IMG/VR virus record: IMGVR_UViG_3300042366_000756
Coordinates: 26,368 to 90,367 of that record
Direction: 5' to 3' (one strand)
Origin: a virus
Lineage: Duplodnaviria; Caudoviricetes
DNA: 64,000 nucleotides
A program made the position numbers and the translations under genes. Under the pieces are notes generated by a model. That model had not been told where the DNA came from, searched no databases, and saw only the letters and a list, made by a program, of their open reading frames with translations. Shown one piece after another: positions 7,539 to 15,583 of this stretch; within the stretch, counting starts at the first letter, position 1; every line of letters starts with the position of its first letter.

Positions 7539-8350
7539 TGGAAATCCTGGGGACAATTGCTTCTTCTGCTAAAGGGGCTCCAAGTAAGCCAACAAGCGTT
7601 TCTGCAACTGATGCAGGATCAGGTCGTGCATTTAATAATGGATCTGCTACTGTAACCTTTACTGCAGGAGCAGGAGCAACAGCAACATCATTTACTGCTA
7701 CATCTTCCCCAGGATCATATACAGCAACTGGTTCTTCATCTCCACTAACTGTTACAGGTTTACAATCTAACACCGCATATACATTTACCGTTACAGCAAC
7801 AAATGCATCTGGAACTTCCGATGCTTCAGATGCTTCTGCTTCTATTACGGCAACAACAGTACCAGCAACTATGAGTGCACCAACCGTAACAACTTCAGCA
7901 CTTTCAGATGCTGTTTCTTGGACAGCCCCCGCAGATGGAGGTTCTGCAATTACTGGCTATACCTGGGCATCTTCTGACGGAAAAGGCGCTACAGTAGGAT
8001 CAGGAACAACAAGTGTTGCCGTTACTCAAGAAGCAAATACTTCACAAACTTATACAGTTTATGCAACTAACGCAAATGGTAACTCAGTAACTTCAAGTGC
8101 ATCAGGCAGTGTGACTACACCACCGTTCTTCCCTCCATTTTTTCCATTTTTCCCATTCTTCCCTCCATTCTTTCCACCGTTCTTCCCGTTCTTTCCTCCG
8201 TTCTTTCCTCCATTTTTTCCATTCTTCCCATTCTTCCCGTTCTTCCCACCGTTCTTCCCACCGTTCTTCCCACCGTTCTTCCCATTCTTCCCGTTCTTCC
8301 CAAGATTCGTTCCACCTTCTTTTAGATTTACTCCTGATAATTTATTTTAA
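7538..8350 (+). CDS. Double-FN3 protein with C-terminal Pro/Phe tail
   Basis: ATG at 7538 overlaps the upstream stop (TAATG). Two FN3-like units are followed by 61 residues of only P/F and then RFVPPSF. Confidence 0.85.
   Translation: MEILGTIASSAKGAPSKPTSVSATDAGSGRAFNNGSATVTFTAGAGATATSFTATSSPGSYTATGSSSPLTVTGLQSNTAYTFTVTATNASGTSDASDASASITATTVPATMSAPTVTTSALSDAVSWTAPADGGSAITGYTWASSDGKGATVGSGTTSVAVTQEANTSQTYTVYATNANGNSVTSSASGSVTTPPFFPPFFPFFPFFPPFFPPFFPFFPPFFPPFFPFFPFFPFFPPFFPPFFPPFFPFFPFFPRFVPPSFRFTPDNLF
8120..8323 (+). repeat. Pro/Phe coding repeat, copy 2
   Basis: 61 consecutive P/F codons (8120-8302); three exact copies of TTCTTCCCACCG at 8240-8275. Confidence 0.95.
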
Positions 8351-8376
8351 ACAAAAAATAAACCAAGATAGGTCTA

Positions 8377-8385
8377 TGATATAAT
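8377..8385 (+). promoter_or_regulatory. Extended -10 promoter for the oxygenase array
   Basis: TGATATAAT in the intergenic region. Confidence 0.55.
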
Positions 8386-8438
8386 TAATTAGGGTTTAAG
8401 GGAATATTAGATATTTTAATATAATAAGGGGGAAATAA

Positions 8439-9167
8439 ATGGATTATAACAATCAGGCACATCATGACGAAAATGCAAACGTTTGGTTTACAAAGGATAG
8501 ATCAGAGACATCAAGCAACAGGGTTGGCACAAAATCATTAAAAAATGGCATAGTTGTTGAAAACCTGGCTTTAGGGGTTAATGTTTACAAAAATACATTT
8601 TCATTAGAAGATTCTAAAAGATATATAAATACACTTGAGTCAAATTTAAATAACAATGCAAAGCATAGTTGGTCACAAGCACAAGTAACAAACTCTACCA
8701 CTCCAATTAAAAAAGCAAGAGACTGTGTAGATTTTAAATACAAGCAAGAAAATCTTGGACCAAGAGATCAAGATAACGCAGAACTACTAGATCTTCATCA
8801 AGAAATATATGAAAAACTAAAATACTGTGTAGATGATTATGCTTCATATTGGGGAATAAATATTGTATATTATGAGGCATTCAATTTTGTTAAATATGAA
8901 GGAGAAGGATCTCACTTTAATATTCATGCAGATCACGGTCCTTTCTATAACTGCACTGTTTCTGCTGTAGTATATATAAACGATGACTATGAGGGTGGAG
9001 ACTTAAAATTCCCAAGAATGGATAATCTTGTCTATAAGCCTAAAGTTGGCGATATAGTTCTTTGTCCGTCAAACTATATCTATGAGCATGCATCACTACC
9101 AATACAATCAGGAACAAAATACTGTGTTGTTGTTATGACAGACATTAATGAGTTAGGACACAAGTAA
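8439..9167 (+). CDS. 2OG-Fe(II) oxygenase, prolyl-4-hydroxylase-like
   Basis: HAD..YINDDYEGGDLKF..YEHASLP..GTKY: HxD..H iron triad and basic 2OG ligand. Confidence 0.85.
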   Translation: MDYNNQAHHDENANVWFTKDRSETSSNRVGTKSLKNGIVVENLALGVNVYKNTFSLEDSKRYINTLESNLNNNAKHSWSQAQVTNSTTPIKKARDCVDFKYKQENLGPRDQDNAELLDLHQEIYEKLKYCVDDYASYWGINIVYYEAFNFVKYEGEGSHFNIHADHGPFYNCTVSAVVYINDDYEGGDLKFPRMDNLVYKPKVGDIVLCPSNYIYEHASLPIQSGTKYCVVVMTDINELGHK

Positions 9168-9168
9168 C

Positions 9169-9957
9169 GTGTCCAAAGAATCTAATTCTTTTAAAAATGT
9201 AATTAAATTTAAACCATACAGGCCATGGCTAAATGATCAAAGTTTTTCTGCACCGTCTCCAACACAAAAAACAATTCCCGAATGGTATAAAAGTGCAGAT
9301 AGATTTGCCAAAATGTCAAATGGAGAATATTATCAAGCACCAAAAGAGGTCTGTCCTTTTCCAAAAGAAGGAACTGTAGATGACTATGGAAAGATTCCAA
9401 CATGGAAGGCATGCCCAGCAATTTTAGATGCTTTTTCTACAGGCTATGTTTTAAAAACTCCATGCGACCTTACATTTTTTAAAAATGAAAAAGGAATAAT
9501 TGATGTTAGAGTGTCTGATCCAAAATACAAAGATTTTTGTGGACAAAGACCTGCAATGCCACAATTTGAACATCCTAAAGGATTTTACAAAGATCATTTT
9601 GCTTGGTATTCAGATTGGGGATTAGAACTTCCAGAAGGATATAGTGCATTGTTTATGACGCCAATGAATAGATTTGATTTACCATTTTTAAATACAACTG
9701 GAATAGTTGATTCTGATAAAGTTCATATTCTTGGAACTTTTCCGTTTTTTATTGCAGAGGGTTGGGAAGGAACTTTACCAGCAGGAACTCCTTACTTACA
9801 AGTACTTCCTTTTAAAAGAGAAAATTGGGAACAAAAAATAGAAAATTTAGATCAAAATCAGATGTATGATAAACTAATGGATAATGCAAAAATTTATCGC
9901 CAACCAGATGGCGGTGTTTATAAAAATAAAGTATGGTCTAAAAGAGAATACATATAA
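9169..9957 (+). CDS. Hypothetical protein, DUF6065-like
   Basis: KACPAILDAFSTGY..PCDL and AGTPYLQVLPF motifs, parallel to those of the 10652 protein. Confidence 0.55.
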   Translation: MSKESNSFKNVIKFKPYRPWLNDQSFSAPSPTQKTIPEWYKSADRFAKMSNGEYYQAPKEVCPFPKEGTVDDYGKIPTWKACPAILDAFSTGYVLKTPCDLTFFKNEKGIIDVRVSDPKYKDFCGQRPAMPQFEHPKGFYKDHFAWYSDWGLELPEGYSALFMTPMNRFDLPFLNTTGIVDSDKVHILGTFPFFIAEGWEGTLPAGTPYLQVLPFKRENWEQKIENLDQNQMYDKLMDNAKIYRQPDGGVYKNKVWSKREYI

Positions 9958-9968
9958 GGAGCAATAAA

Positions 9969-10652
9969 ATGCAAACATGGACAGAAAAAGTTGACCTTGG
10001 AAATGGCATCATATGTTATAAAGGGGTTATTAAAAAAGAATTTGATGTAATAAATAGACTTGAAAGTATTTTGGGCTCTGTTGCGGGGTATGGAGAGTTA
10101 TCTCCAGAAGGAAATCCATACCACTGGGTACCAGCATATGTAGGGTATCAACAGTTGATGCCAGACTACAGAGATTGTGTAGATTTTAAATTTAAAAAAA
10201 CAGATATAGAACATGATACAAGTGAAGATTCATTAAAATTACAGGCACTTTGGCAAGATGTTTATGATGCTCAAGCAGTAGCCGTTGAAGATTATTGTAG
10301 ACAGTTTAGGATTCATAACTTAAAGTATTGGGAAGCATTTAATTTTATTAAGTATGGGCCAGGACAACATTTCCAAGAGCACCACGATCATGGATTTTCA
10401 TATAATTGCACTGTCTCATTAGTGGCTTATATAAATGATGATTATGAGGGTGGAGAGTTAGCATTTAGATTACAAGGTTTGAACGTTAAGCCAGACGCTG
10501 GAGATTTATTTGTATTCCCTTCAAACTTTATGTATCCTCATAGAGCAATGCCAGTTCATTCGGGAACAAAGTATTCTATTGTTACTATGCTAGATTATAG
10601 TAAAAAGTTTCATACTCCAGAAATGTACGATCCAAAATGGAATAATGAATAA
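9969..10652 (+). CDS. 2OG-Fe(II) oxygenase, prolyl-4-hydroxylase-like
   Basis: HHD..YINDDYEGGELAF..YPHRAMP..GTKY. Confidence 0.85.
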   Translation: MQTWTEKVDLGNGIICYKGVIKKEFDVINRLESILGSVAGYGELSPEGNPYHWVPAYVGYQQLMPDYRDCVDFKFKKTDIEHDTSEDSLKLQALWQDVYDAQAVAVEDYCRQFRIHNLKYWEAFNFIKYGPGQHFQEHHDHGFSYNCTVSLVAYINDDYEGGELAFRLQGLNVKPDAGDLFVFPSNFMYPHRAMPVHSGTKYSIVTMLDYSKKFHTPEMYDPKWNNE

Positions 10653-11374
10653 TGTTTAATATTTTAGTTGAACAAACTCCTTATTCCAATATGAAGGTTT
10701 CTCCAATGTCTATAAAAAGAGATTGGATGGACGCAACTTCAGAAAAACATGCATATCGTTGTTTTCCAGTAACTCAAGCAAATGTAATTGGATGGAGCAT
10801 ATCTTGTTTAAATGACATATCTTTTATTTGGAATGGAATCAATGATCAAACTGGAGACAATGTTAAAATTTTGCAAGGAGAAGAAACTTGTTACACTGGA
10901 AGAGGACAGTCAAGTTTAAGTTTTAATACAGGATTACATTTTAAAACAACCGAAAATATTAGTTTATTTACAATTAATCCAGTTAATTATTTTAGTGATG
11001 ATTTTGAAACAATGTCTTCTTTAATAAGTATATCTTTTTTTGATAATCCACTTCCTTTAGCAATTAAAGCACGATCTGCAAACAAAGAAATTTTAATAAA
11101 AGCGGGAACTCCACTAGCAACAATTATTCCAATATCTTTGGGTGCCTTAAATAATTCAAGTATTGAAATTAATGAATATCAAGATCTAGACAATAAAAAA
11201 CAAGAAGCAAATAAATCTTATGGGGATGCAGCACAAAAAATAAATCAATCTGGAAAATTTACAGATTGGTATAGAAATGCTGTAAATGAAAAAGGAGAAT
11301 CCATAGGAAATCATGAGGTTAAAACATTAAAATTGAAAGTAATTAATAATATAAGGGAACAAATAGATGACTAA
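10652..11374 (+). CDS. DUF6065-family protein
   Basis: KRDWMDAT..HAYRCFPVTQANVIGW signature. Confidence 0.65.
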   Translation: MFNILVEQTPYSNMKVSPMSIKRDWMDATSEKHAYRCFPVTQANVIGWSISCLNDISFIWNGINDQTGDNVKILQGEETCYTGRGQSSLSFNTGLHFKTTENISLFTINPVNYFSDDFETMSSLISISFFDNPLPLAIKARSANKEILIKAGTPLATIIPISLGALNNSSIEINEYQDLDNKKQEANKSYGDAAQKINQSGKFTDWYRNAVNEKGESIGNHEVKTLKLKVINNIREQIDD

Positions 11375-11412
11375 TCCTTTTACAGCCGTTAACCCTTTAT
11401 TTATAGAATTTC

Positions 11413-11421
11413 TGGTATAAT
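11413..11421 (+). promoter_or_regulatory. Extended -10 promoter (leaderless start of JmjC gene)
   Basis: TGGTATAAT, 6 nt before ATG 11428. Confidence 0.6.
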
Positions 11422-11427
11422 CTTATT

Positions 11428-12015
11428 ATGCTTAATCAAATAGAAGATGCTAAAAAAAATAATCAAGCGTTAGTATTTGAAAAATATCAGATGCCAGAAA
11501 TTACTTGGGAAGATGTTTTGTTATTTTTGTATAAAGAGTCTTTAGTACCTAATCATGATTTAATTAAAAAAGTAAAAGAAATAAACAATTATGAGGATTT
11601 TAATTCAATAGGAAATATTCAGATACAAAGCAAATTTTGGCTTTCTCCACAGTCACATAATATATTTAAAGATTTTAATGGGGTATCTGAGTTACTATAT
11701 AAATTAAATAAATCAAAAGATAACAGTCATTGTAGATATTATTCAGGAAGGGACCAGTGCTCCTGTGATTCCTGTTGGCATTTTCAAGGGATAAGAATAT
11801 CTTTATCAAATAGAGTTGTGTCAGACCATCATGATCCACACGATATTTTTTATTGGCAAATACTTGGAACTTCTTTTTGGAAAGTAAATAATGACATTAC
11901 CTATATCTTAAATCCAGGAGATATGTTATATTTACCAAAAGAAAGTTCGCATGAAGTTTGGTGTGATGGACCTAGAGCAGGACTACTTATAGATAACCTA
12001 AAGGAGATAAAATAA
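11428..12015 (+). CDS. JmjC/cupin-type 2OG oxygenase (ROXA/YcfD-like)
   Basis: HHDPHDIFYWQILGTSFWKV..LNPGDMLYLPKESSHEV. Confidence 0.75.
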   Translation: MLNQIEDAKKNNQALVFEKYQMPEITWEDVLLFLYKESLVPNHDLIKKVKEINNYEDFNSIGNIQIQSKFWLSPQSHNIFKDFNGVSELLYKLNKSKDNSHCRYYSGRDQCSCDSCWHFQGIRISLSNRVVSDHHDPHDIFYWQILGTSFWKVNNDITYILNPGDMLYLPKESSHEVWCDGPRAGLLIDNLKEIK

Positions 12016-12019
12016 TACC

Positions 12020-12706
12020 ATGACAGAAGAATATGCAAATTCTAATATTGACAGTAATCTAAAATCTATAACTCCGCCAGGATTTTTTGGAGAATCAGCA
12101 AACAATATTCAATCAAGAGAAAATTTTATAACTGAAGAAGAAAGATTATTTTTGTTAAATGCTGCAAAATCAATTACGGAATGGGATAGAACTGAAACAC
12201 ACTATAATGATGACGGAGTGGTGATATATGATGCATCTTATTGGGACAATAGAGTTGCTTCAAGGCCAATCTTAGAAAAAATAGATCCAGAAATTTCTAT
12301 TGTAATAGAAAGACTTGTGGCAAGATTAAAAATAGAAGTAGATAATTTTTTTAATGTAGATGCAAAACCTACGAGTCCAGCAATAGTTAGGTGGATGCCA
12401 GGATATAGGCAAGAACCCCATGCAGACAAACAATTACAAAATGGAGAGCCAAATGATTTCCCATGGTATGATTTAGCAGGATTATTTTACTTAAACGATG
12501 ATTATGACGGTGGAGAACTATATTTTTTAAATCATAATGTTGAGTTTAAGCCAAAACCAGGTGCTGCATATTTTTTTCCAGGAGATATTAATTATAGCCA
12601 TGGCGTAAGAGAAATAACAAAAGGAATTAGATATGTTATTCCATTTTTTTGGACAATCTTAGAGCATAAAGGTAAAAAAACTATGACAGATAAGGAAATA
12701 GAATGA
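12020..12706 (+). CDS. 2OG-Fe(II) oxygenase, prolyl-4-hydroxylase-like
   Basis: HAD..FYLNDDYDGGELYF..YSHGVREI..GIRY. Confidence 0.85.
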   Translation: MTEEYANSNIDSNLKSITPPGFFGESANNIQSRENFITEEERLFLLNAAKSITEWDRTETHYNDDGVVIYDASYWDNRVASRPILEKIDPEISIVIERLVARLKIEVDNFFNVDAKPTSPAIVRWMPGYRQEPHADKQLQNGEPNDFPWYDLAGLFYLNDDYDGGELYFLNHNVEFKPKPGAAYFFPGDINYSHGVREITKGIRYVIPFFWTILEHKGKKTMTDKEIE

Positions 12707-13461
12707 ACCTAGAAAATAAAAAAAGACTTACAAAAGACATAGTTATATATGAAAACTTTATTGATAAAGAAACTTGTCAAAAAATGATACAGGCGCTTGA
12801 CGCACAAGCAGATTCTGGTAAACTATCTTGGATGCCTATATCGTTCTATGAATCATATTCATCTGTTCTTCCGCAAGATAATGACCAAGAAGTTTTGGAT
12901 GCTGGATTAGAGCCAAATATTTTTTCAGATATTGAAAAGAAAATGCCAGAAGCAATTGCATCTGTTCATGATTTAGATCCAAAGAAAATTTCTAAAATTG
13001 GATACCATACACAAAAATGGGAGCCTGGAGCATATGCAAGAATCCACTCTGATAACACAGATGAAAAGGGTAATTCTGGAGCATTTACAAGAAGTAGGTA
13101 TGCTGGCTTTTTATACTTGAACGATAATTTTAAAGGTGGACTTTTAAGATTTCCAGATCAAAGCATAGAGATACAGCCAAAGGTTGGAATGCTTGCTGTA
13201 TTTGACGGGGGATTTAACAATATGCATGAGGTATCCCTTATTACAAGTGGAGTAAGATACACAATTGGTTCTTTCTGGGATGACAGAGAAGAATCAGATT
13301 ATCCACAAGAACTTAGAGACGCCTGGGCAGCAGAAATGAAAGAAACTAGAGCAAAACAGGAAATTGAAAGAGCCGAATGGCAAGATCTTATTAAAAAGGG
13401 ATATAAAATTGACATAGATGGTAATAAATATAAAGTAGAGGAGTTAAATAAAGATGCCTAG
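12703..13461 (+). CDS. 2OG-Fe(II) oxygenase, prolyl-4-hydroxylase-like
   Basis: HSD..LYLNDNFKGGLLRF..NMHEV..SGVRY. Confidence 0.85.
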   Translation: MNLENKKRLTKDIVIYENFIDKETCQKMIQALDAQADSGKLSWMPISFYESYSSVLPQDNDQEVLDAGLEPNIFSDIEKKMPEAIASVHDLDPKKISKIGYHTQKWEPGAYARIHSDNTDEKGNSGAFTRSRYAGFLYLNDNFKGGLLRFPDQSIEIQPKVGMLAVFDGGFNNMHEVSLITSGVRYTIGSFWDDREESDYPQELRDAWAAEMKETRAKQEIERAEWQDLIKKGYKIDIDGNKYKVEELNKDA

Positions 13462-14113
13462 TTTTTTAAAAAAAGAATTTATAGACAATAACTTTAGCGT
13501 TGTTGATATAACAGATGATATTTTATTAGTAGAAAACTTTATTTCTCAAGAAGAGTTAAAAGAAATTTTAAATATTATTAACACAACAGATGAGGAAGAG
13601 TGGCTTGTTGCATATAAAGAAAGTTTGGCTGAATTTTGTTTATTAAAGTTTGGCTCATCAGATGTTGAAAAAATGGTTGCTGAAGGAAAATATGAAGTAA
13701 CTAAGGGCTGGGATGATAAAATTCTTAATATAAATCAATATCCTATAACTAAACTATTGCAACAAAGAATACAACAACTTGTAGACAAGGCAGATAGCAC
13801 ATTGCAGTTAGGTGGAATGAGTACTCTTCAAAGAATGCAAGAAGGGGTTGAATTAAAATCTCACGTAGATCAAGACACAGACCCATCTGTTAGATATGCC
13901 ACAATATTATATATAAATGATGACTATACCAATGGAGAACTTTTTTTTGATAACTTTGATATTAAATTAAAACCAAAGCCAGGGTCTTTGCTTGTTTTTC
14001 CAGGAGATCCAAAACATAAACATGGAGTAAAGCATGTTGGCCCAGGACCAATAAGACAGGTTATTGTTGGTTTTGTGACAGTAAAAGATTTTTATGAAAA
14101 CAACAAGTACTAA
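13454..14113 (+). CDS. 2OG-Fe(II) oxygenase, prolyl-4-hydroxylase-like
   Basis: HVD..LYINDDYTNGELFF..HKHGV..PIRQ. Confidence 0.85.
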   Translation: MPSFLKKEFIDNNFSVVDITDDILLVENFISQEELKEILNIINTTDEEEWLVAYKESLAEFCLLKFGSSDVEKMVAEGKYEVTKGWDDKILNINQYPITKLLQQRIQQLVDKADSTLQLGGMSTLQRMQEGVELKSHVDQDTDPSVRYATILYINDDYTNGELFFDNFDIKLKPKPGSLLVFPGDPKHKHGVKHVGPGPIRQVIVGFVTVKDFYENNKY

Positions 14114-14124
14114 GGAGATATAAA

Positions 14125-14754
14125 GTGAACAAAGAAATACTTGAAGAAAAAGTCTATTATTACACAGATGTAATTGAAGACCCAAAAAAACTTGTTGAGG
14201 CAATTGAAAGCGACAATAAAGATCCTTGGGGCGAATGGATGGCATGCAGCGGACAGGCTTATGTTTATGGCACAGACAAGACTATTGCCTTATCAGCAGA
14301 TGCAGATGAAAAAAATAAATATATCTACAACACTTTACAAAAAGCGTTTGATGATGTTGCAAGAGATTATGCAAAGGCACAAGGAATTACAGAAGAGCCA
14401 AAACTATTTCCACAATACCCAATAAAAAAATACCAATCAGGAACATACATGGGGGCACACTTTGATCAACAAGAAGGAGATGGCCGTCTTAAAGTTTCTT
14501 TTGTTATGTATTTAAACGATGACTACGAAGGTGGAGAACTATCTTTTACTATAGCGTCACCAGATGGAGTATTACAAAACGCTAGTCCAGAGCCAGATTT
14601 TGCAGAAGCAGAAAAAAACGGAAACTACACTTTTGCTATTAAACCAAAAGCAGGAAGCATTATTGTGTTTCCTCCTTCTCCACCATATCATCACACTGCA
14701 CACTTAGTTAAAAGCGGTGAAAAGATTATGGTTCCTCAACACTGGATTCATTAA
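14125..14754 (+). CDS. 2OG-Fe(II) oxygenase, prolyl-4-hydroxylase-like
   Basis: GTG start after AAGGAG; HFD..MYLNDDYEGGELSF..YHHTAH..GEKI. Confidence 0.85.
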   Translation: MNKEILEEKVYYYTDVIEDPKKLVEAIESDNKDPWGEWMACSGQAYVYGTDKTIALSADADEKNKYIYNTLQKAFDDVARDYAKAQGITEEPKLFPQYPIKKYQSGTYMGAHFDQQEGDGRLKVSFVMYLNDDYEGGELSFTIASPDGVLQNASPEPDFAEAEKNGNYTFAIKPKAGSIIVFPPSPPYHHTAHLVKSGEKIMVPQHWIH

Positions 14755-15421
14755 CATTAAAACAGCAATAGTAACAGGAGCCAGCAAAGGAGTTGGCTAT
14801 GCAACAGTAAAAATTTTATCTGAGAATGGATATAAGGTAATTGCTGTTTCAAGAGATTTATCCAAAGTGTCTAATTTAGTTTCTGACAATGTTGAAGTTT
14901 ATTCTTTAGATATAACAAACTCTAATGAAATTAAAAATTTTTATGAAAAATATAAAGACATAACTCTTGACCTACTTGTTAATAATGCAGGTGGAGGATC
15001 TGGACCTACACATATTATTAATGAAACAATGGATAATTTTAGACGGGCTTATGATATAAATGTATCTGGGCCAATGTATCTCTCACAACTCTTTGTTCCA
15101 TCTATGAAAAAATCCCAATCCCCAACTATTGTGTTTATTACATCTTTTGGAGGAAAAATCCCTTACCGTGGCGGAGGTAATTATACTAATGCTAAGCGTG
15201 GGGAAAGAGGTCTTATAGATACTATGAGACTAGAATTTCCAGAGTATGGAATTAAGATAACTGAAATTTGTCCTGCTACAATTGATACTCAAAAACAAAA
15301 AAGAGAACATGCTCTATCTGCAGAAGATTTGGCTAATGCGATTTATTGGGTTGGATCTTTGCCCAAACATTTGAATATAAATCAAATAGAGATGTGCCAT
15401 ATCAATAGTAGTAAGTTCTAA
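14717..15421 (+). CDS. Short-chain dehydrogenase/reductase (YdfG-like); start uncertain
   Basis: TGASKGVG, NNAG and YTNAK motifs and LPKHLNINQIEM C-terminus. No ATG precedes the Rossmann motif (GTG 14717 or ATT 14756). Confidence 0.8.
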   Translation: MKRLWFLNTGFINIKTAIVTGASKGVGYATVKILSENGYKVIAVSRDLSKVSNLVSDNVEVYSLDITNSNEIKNFYEKYKDITLDLLVNNAGGGSGPTHIINETMDNFRRAYDINVSGPMYLSQLFVPSMKKSQSPTIVFITSFGGKIPYRGGGNYTNAKRGERGLIDTMRLEFPEYGIKITEICPATIDTQKQKREHALSAEDLANAIYWVGSLPKHLNINQIEMCHINSSKF

Positions 15422-15460
15422 TTCAGCATATAACTTTTGTTTTATATAAGTGCCTAACTC

Positions 15461-15480
15461 TAAAGTAAACATTTACTTTA
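15461..15480. promoter_or_regulatory. 20-bp palindrome upstream of the nrdJ promoter (operator-like)
   Basis: TAAAGTAAA-CA-TTTACTTTA, perfect 9-bp arms. Confidence 0.4.
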
Positions 15481-15512
15481 TTGTTTGAGTGTAAATCTTT
15501 GTTTTAATGTTG

Positions 15513-15521
15513 TGATATACT
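15513..15521 (+). promoter_or_regulatory. Extended -10 promoter for nrdJ
   Basis: TGATATACT. Confidence 0.55.
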
Positions 15522-15583
15522 AAGACTACTTTACAATTAGTAAAGCACTAATAATATTTTTTAATAGAAAGTTGGAAAAATTA

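Noticed and set aside
8120-8302. G-quadruplex/triplex function of the purine-rich minus strand of the Pro/Phe repeats
   Set aside because: The strand asymmetry is fully explained by CCN/TTY codons; G runs are mostly 2-3 nt and nothing else supports a DNA-level role.
5103-8350. Diversity-generating retroelement suggested by the Mtd-N-like domain and paired similar C-termini
   Set aside because: There is no reverse transcriptase in the window, and differences between the two Pro/Phe regions are repeat order and synonymous changes rather than adenine-specific substitutions.
15422-15583. Cobalamin riboswitch or NrdR box upstream of nrdJ
   Set aside because: The region is short and AT-rich without riboswitch core motifs, and only a half-match (ATGTTGTG) to an NrdR box is present.
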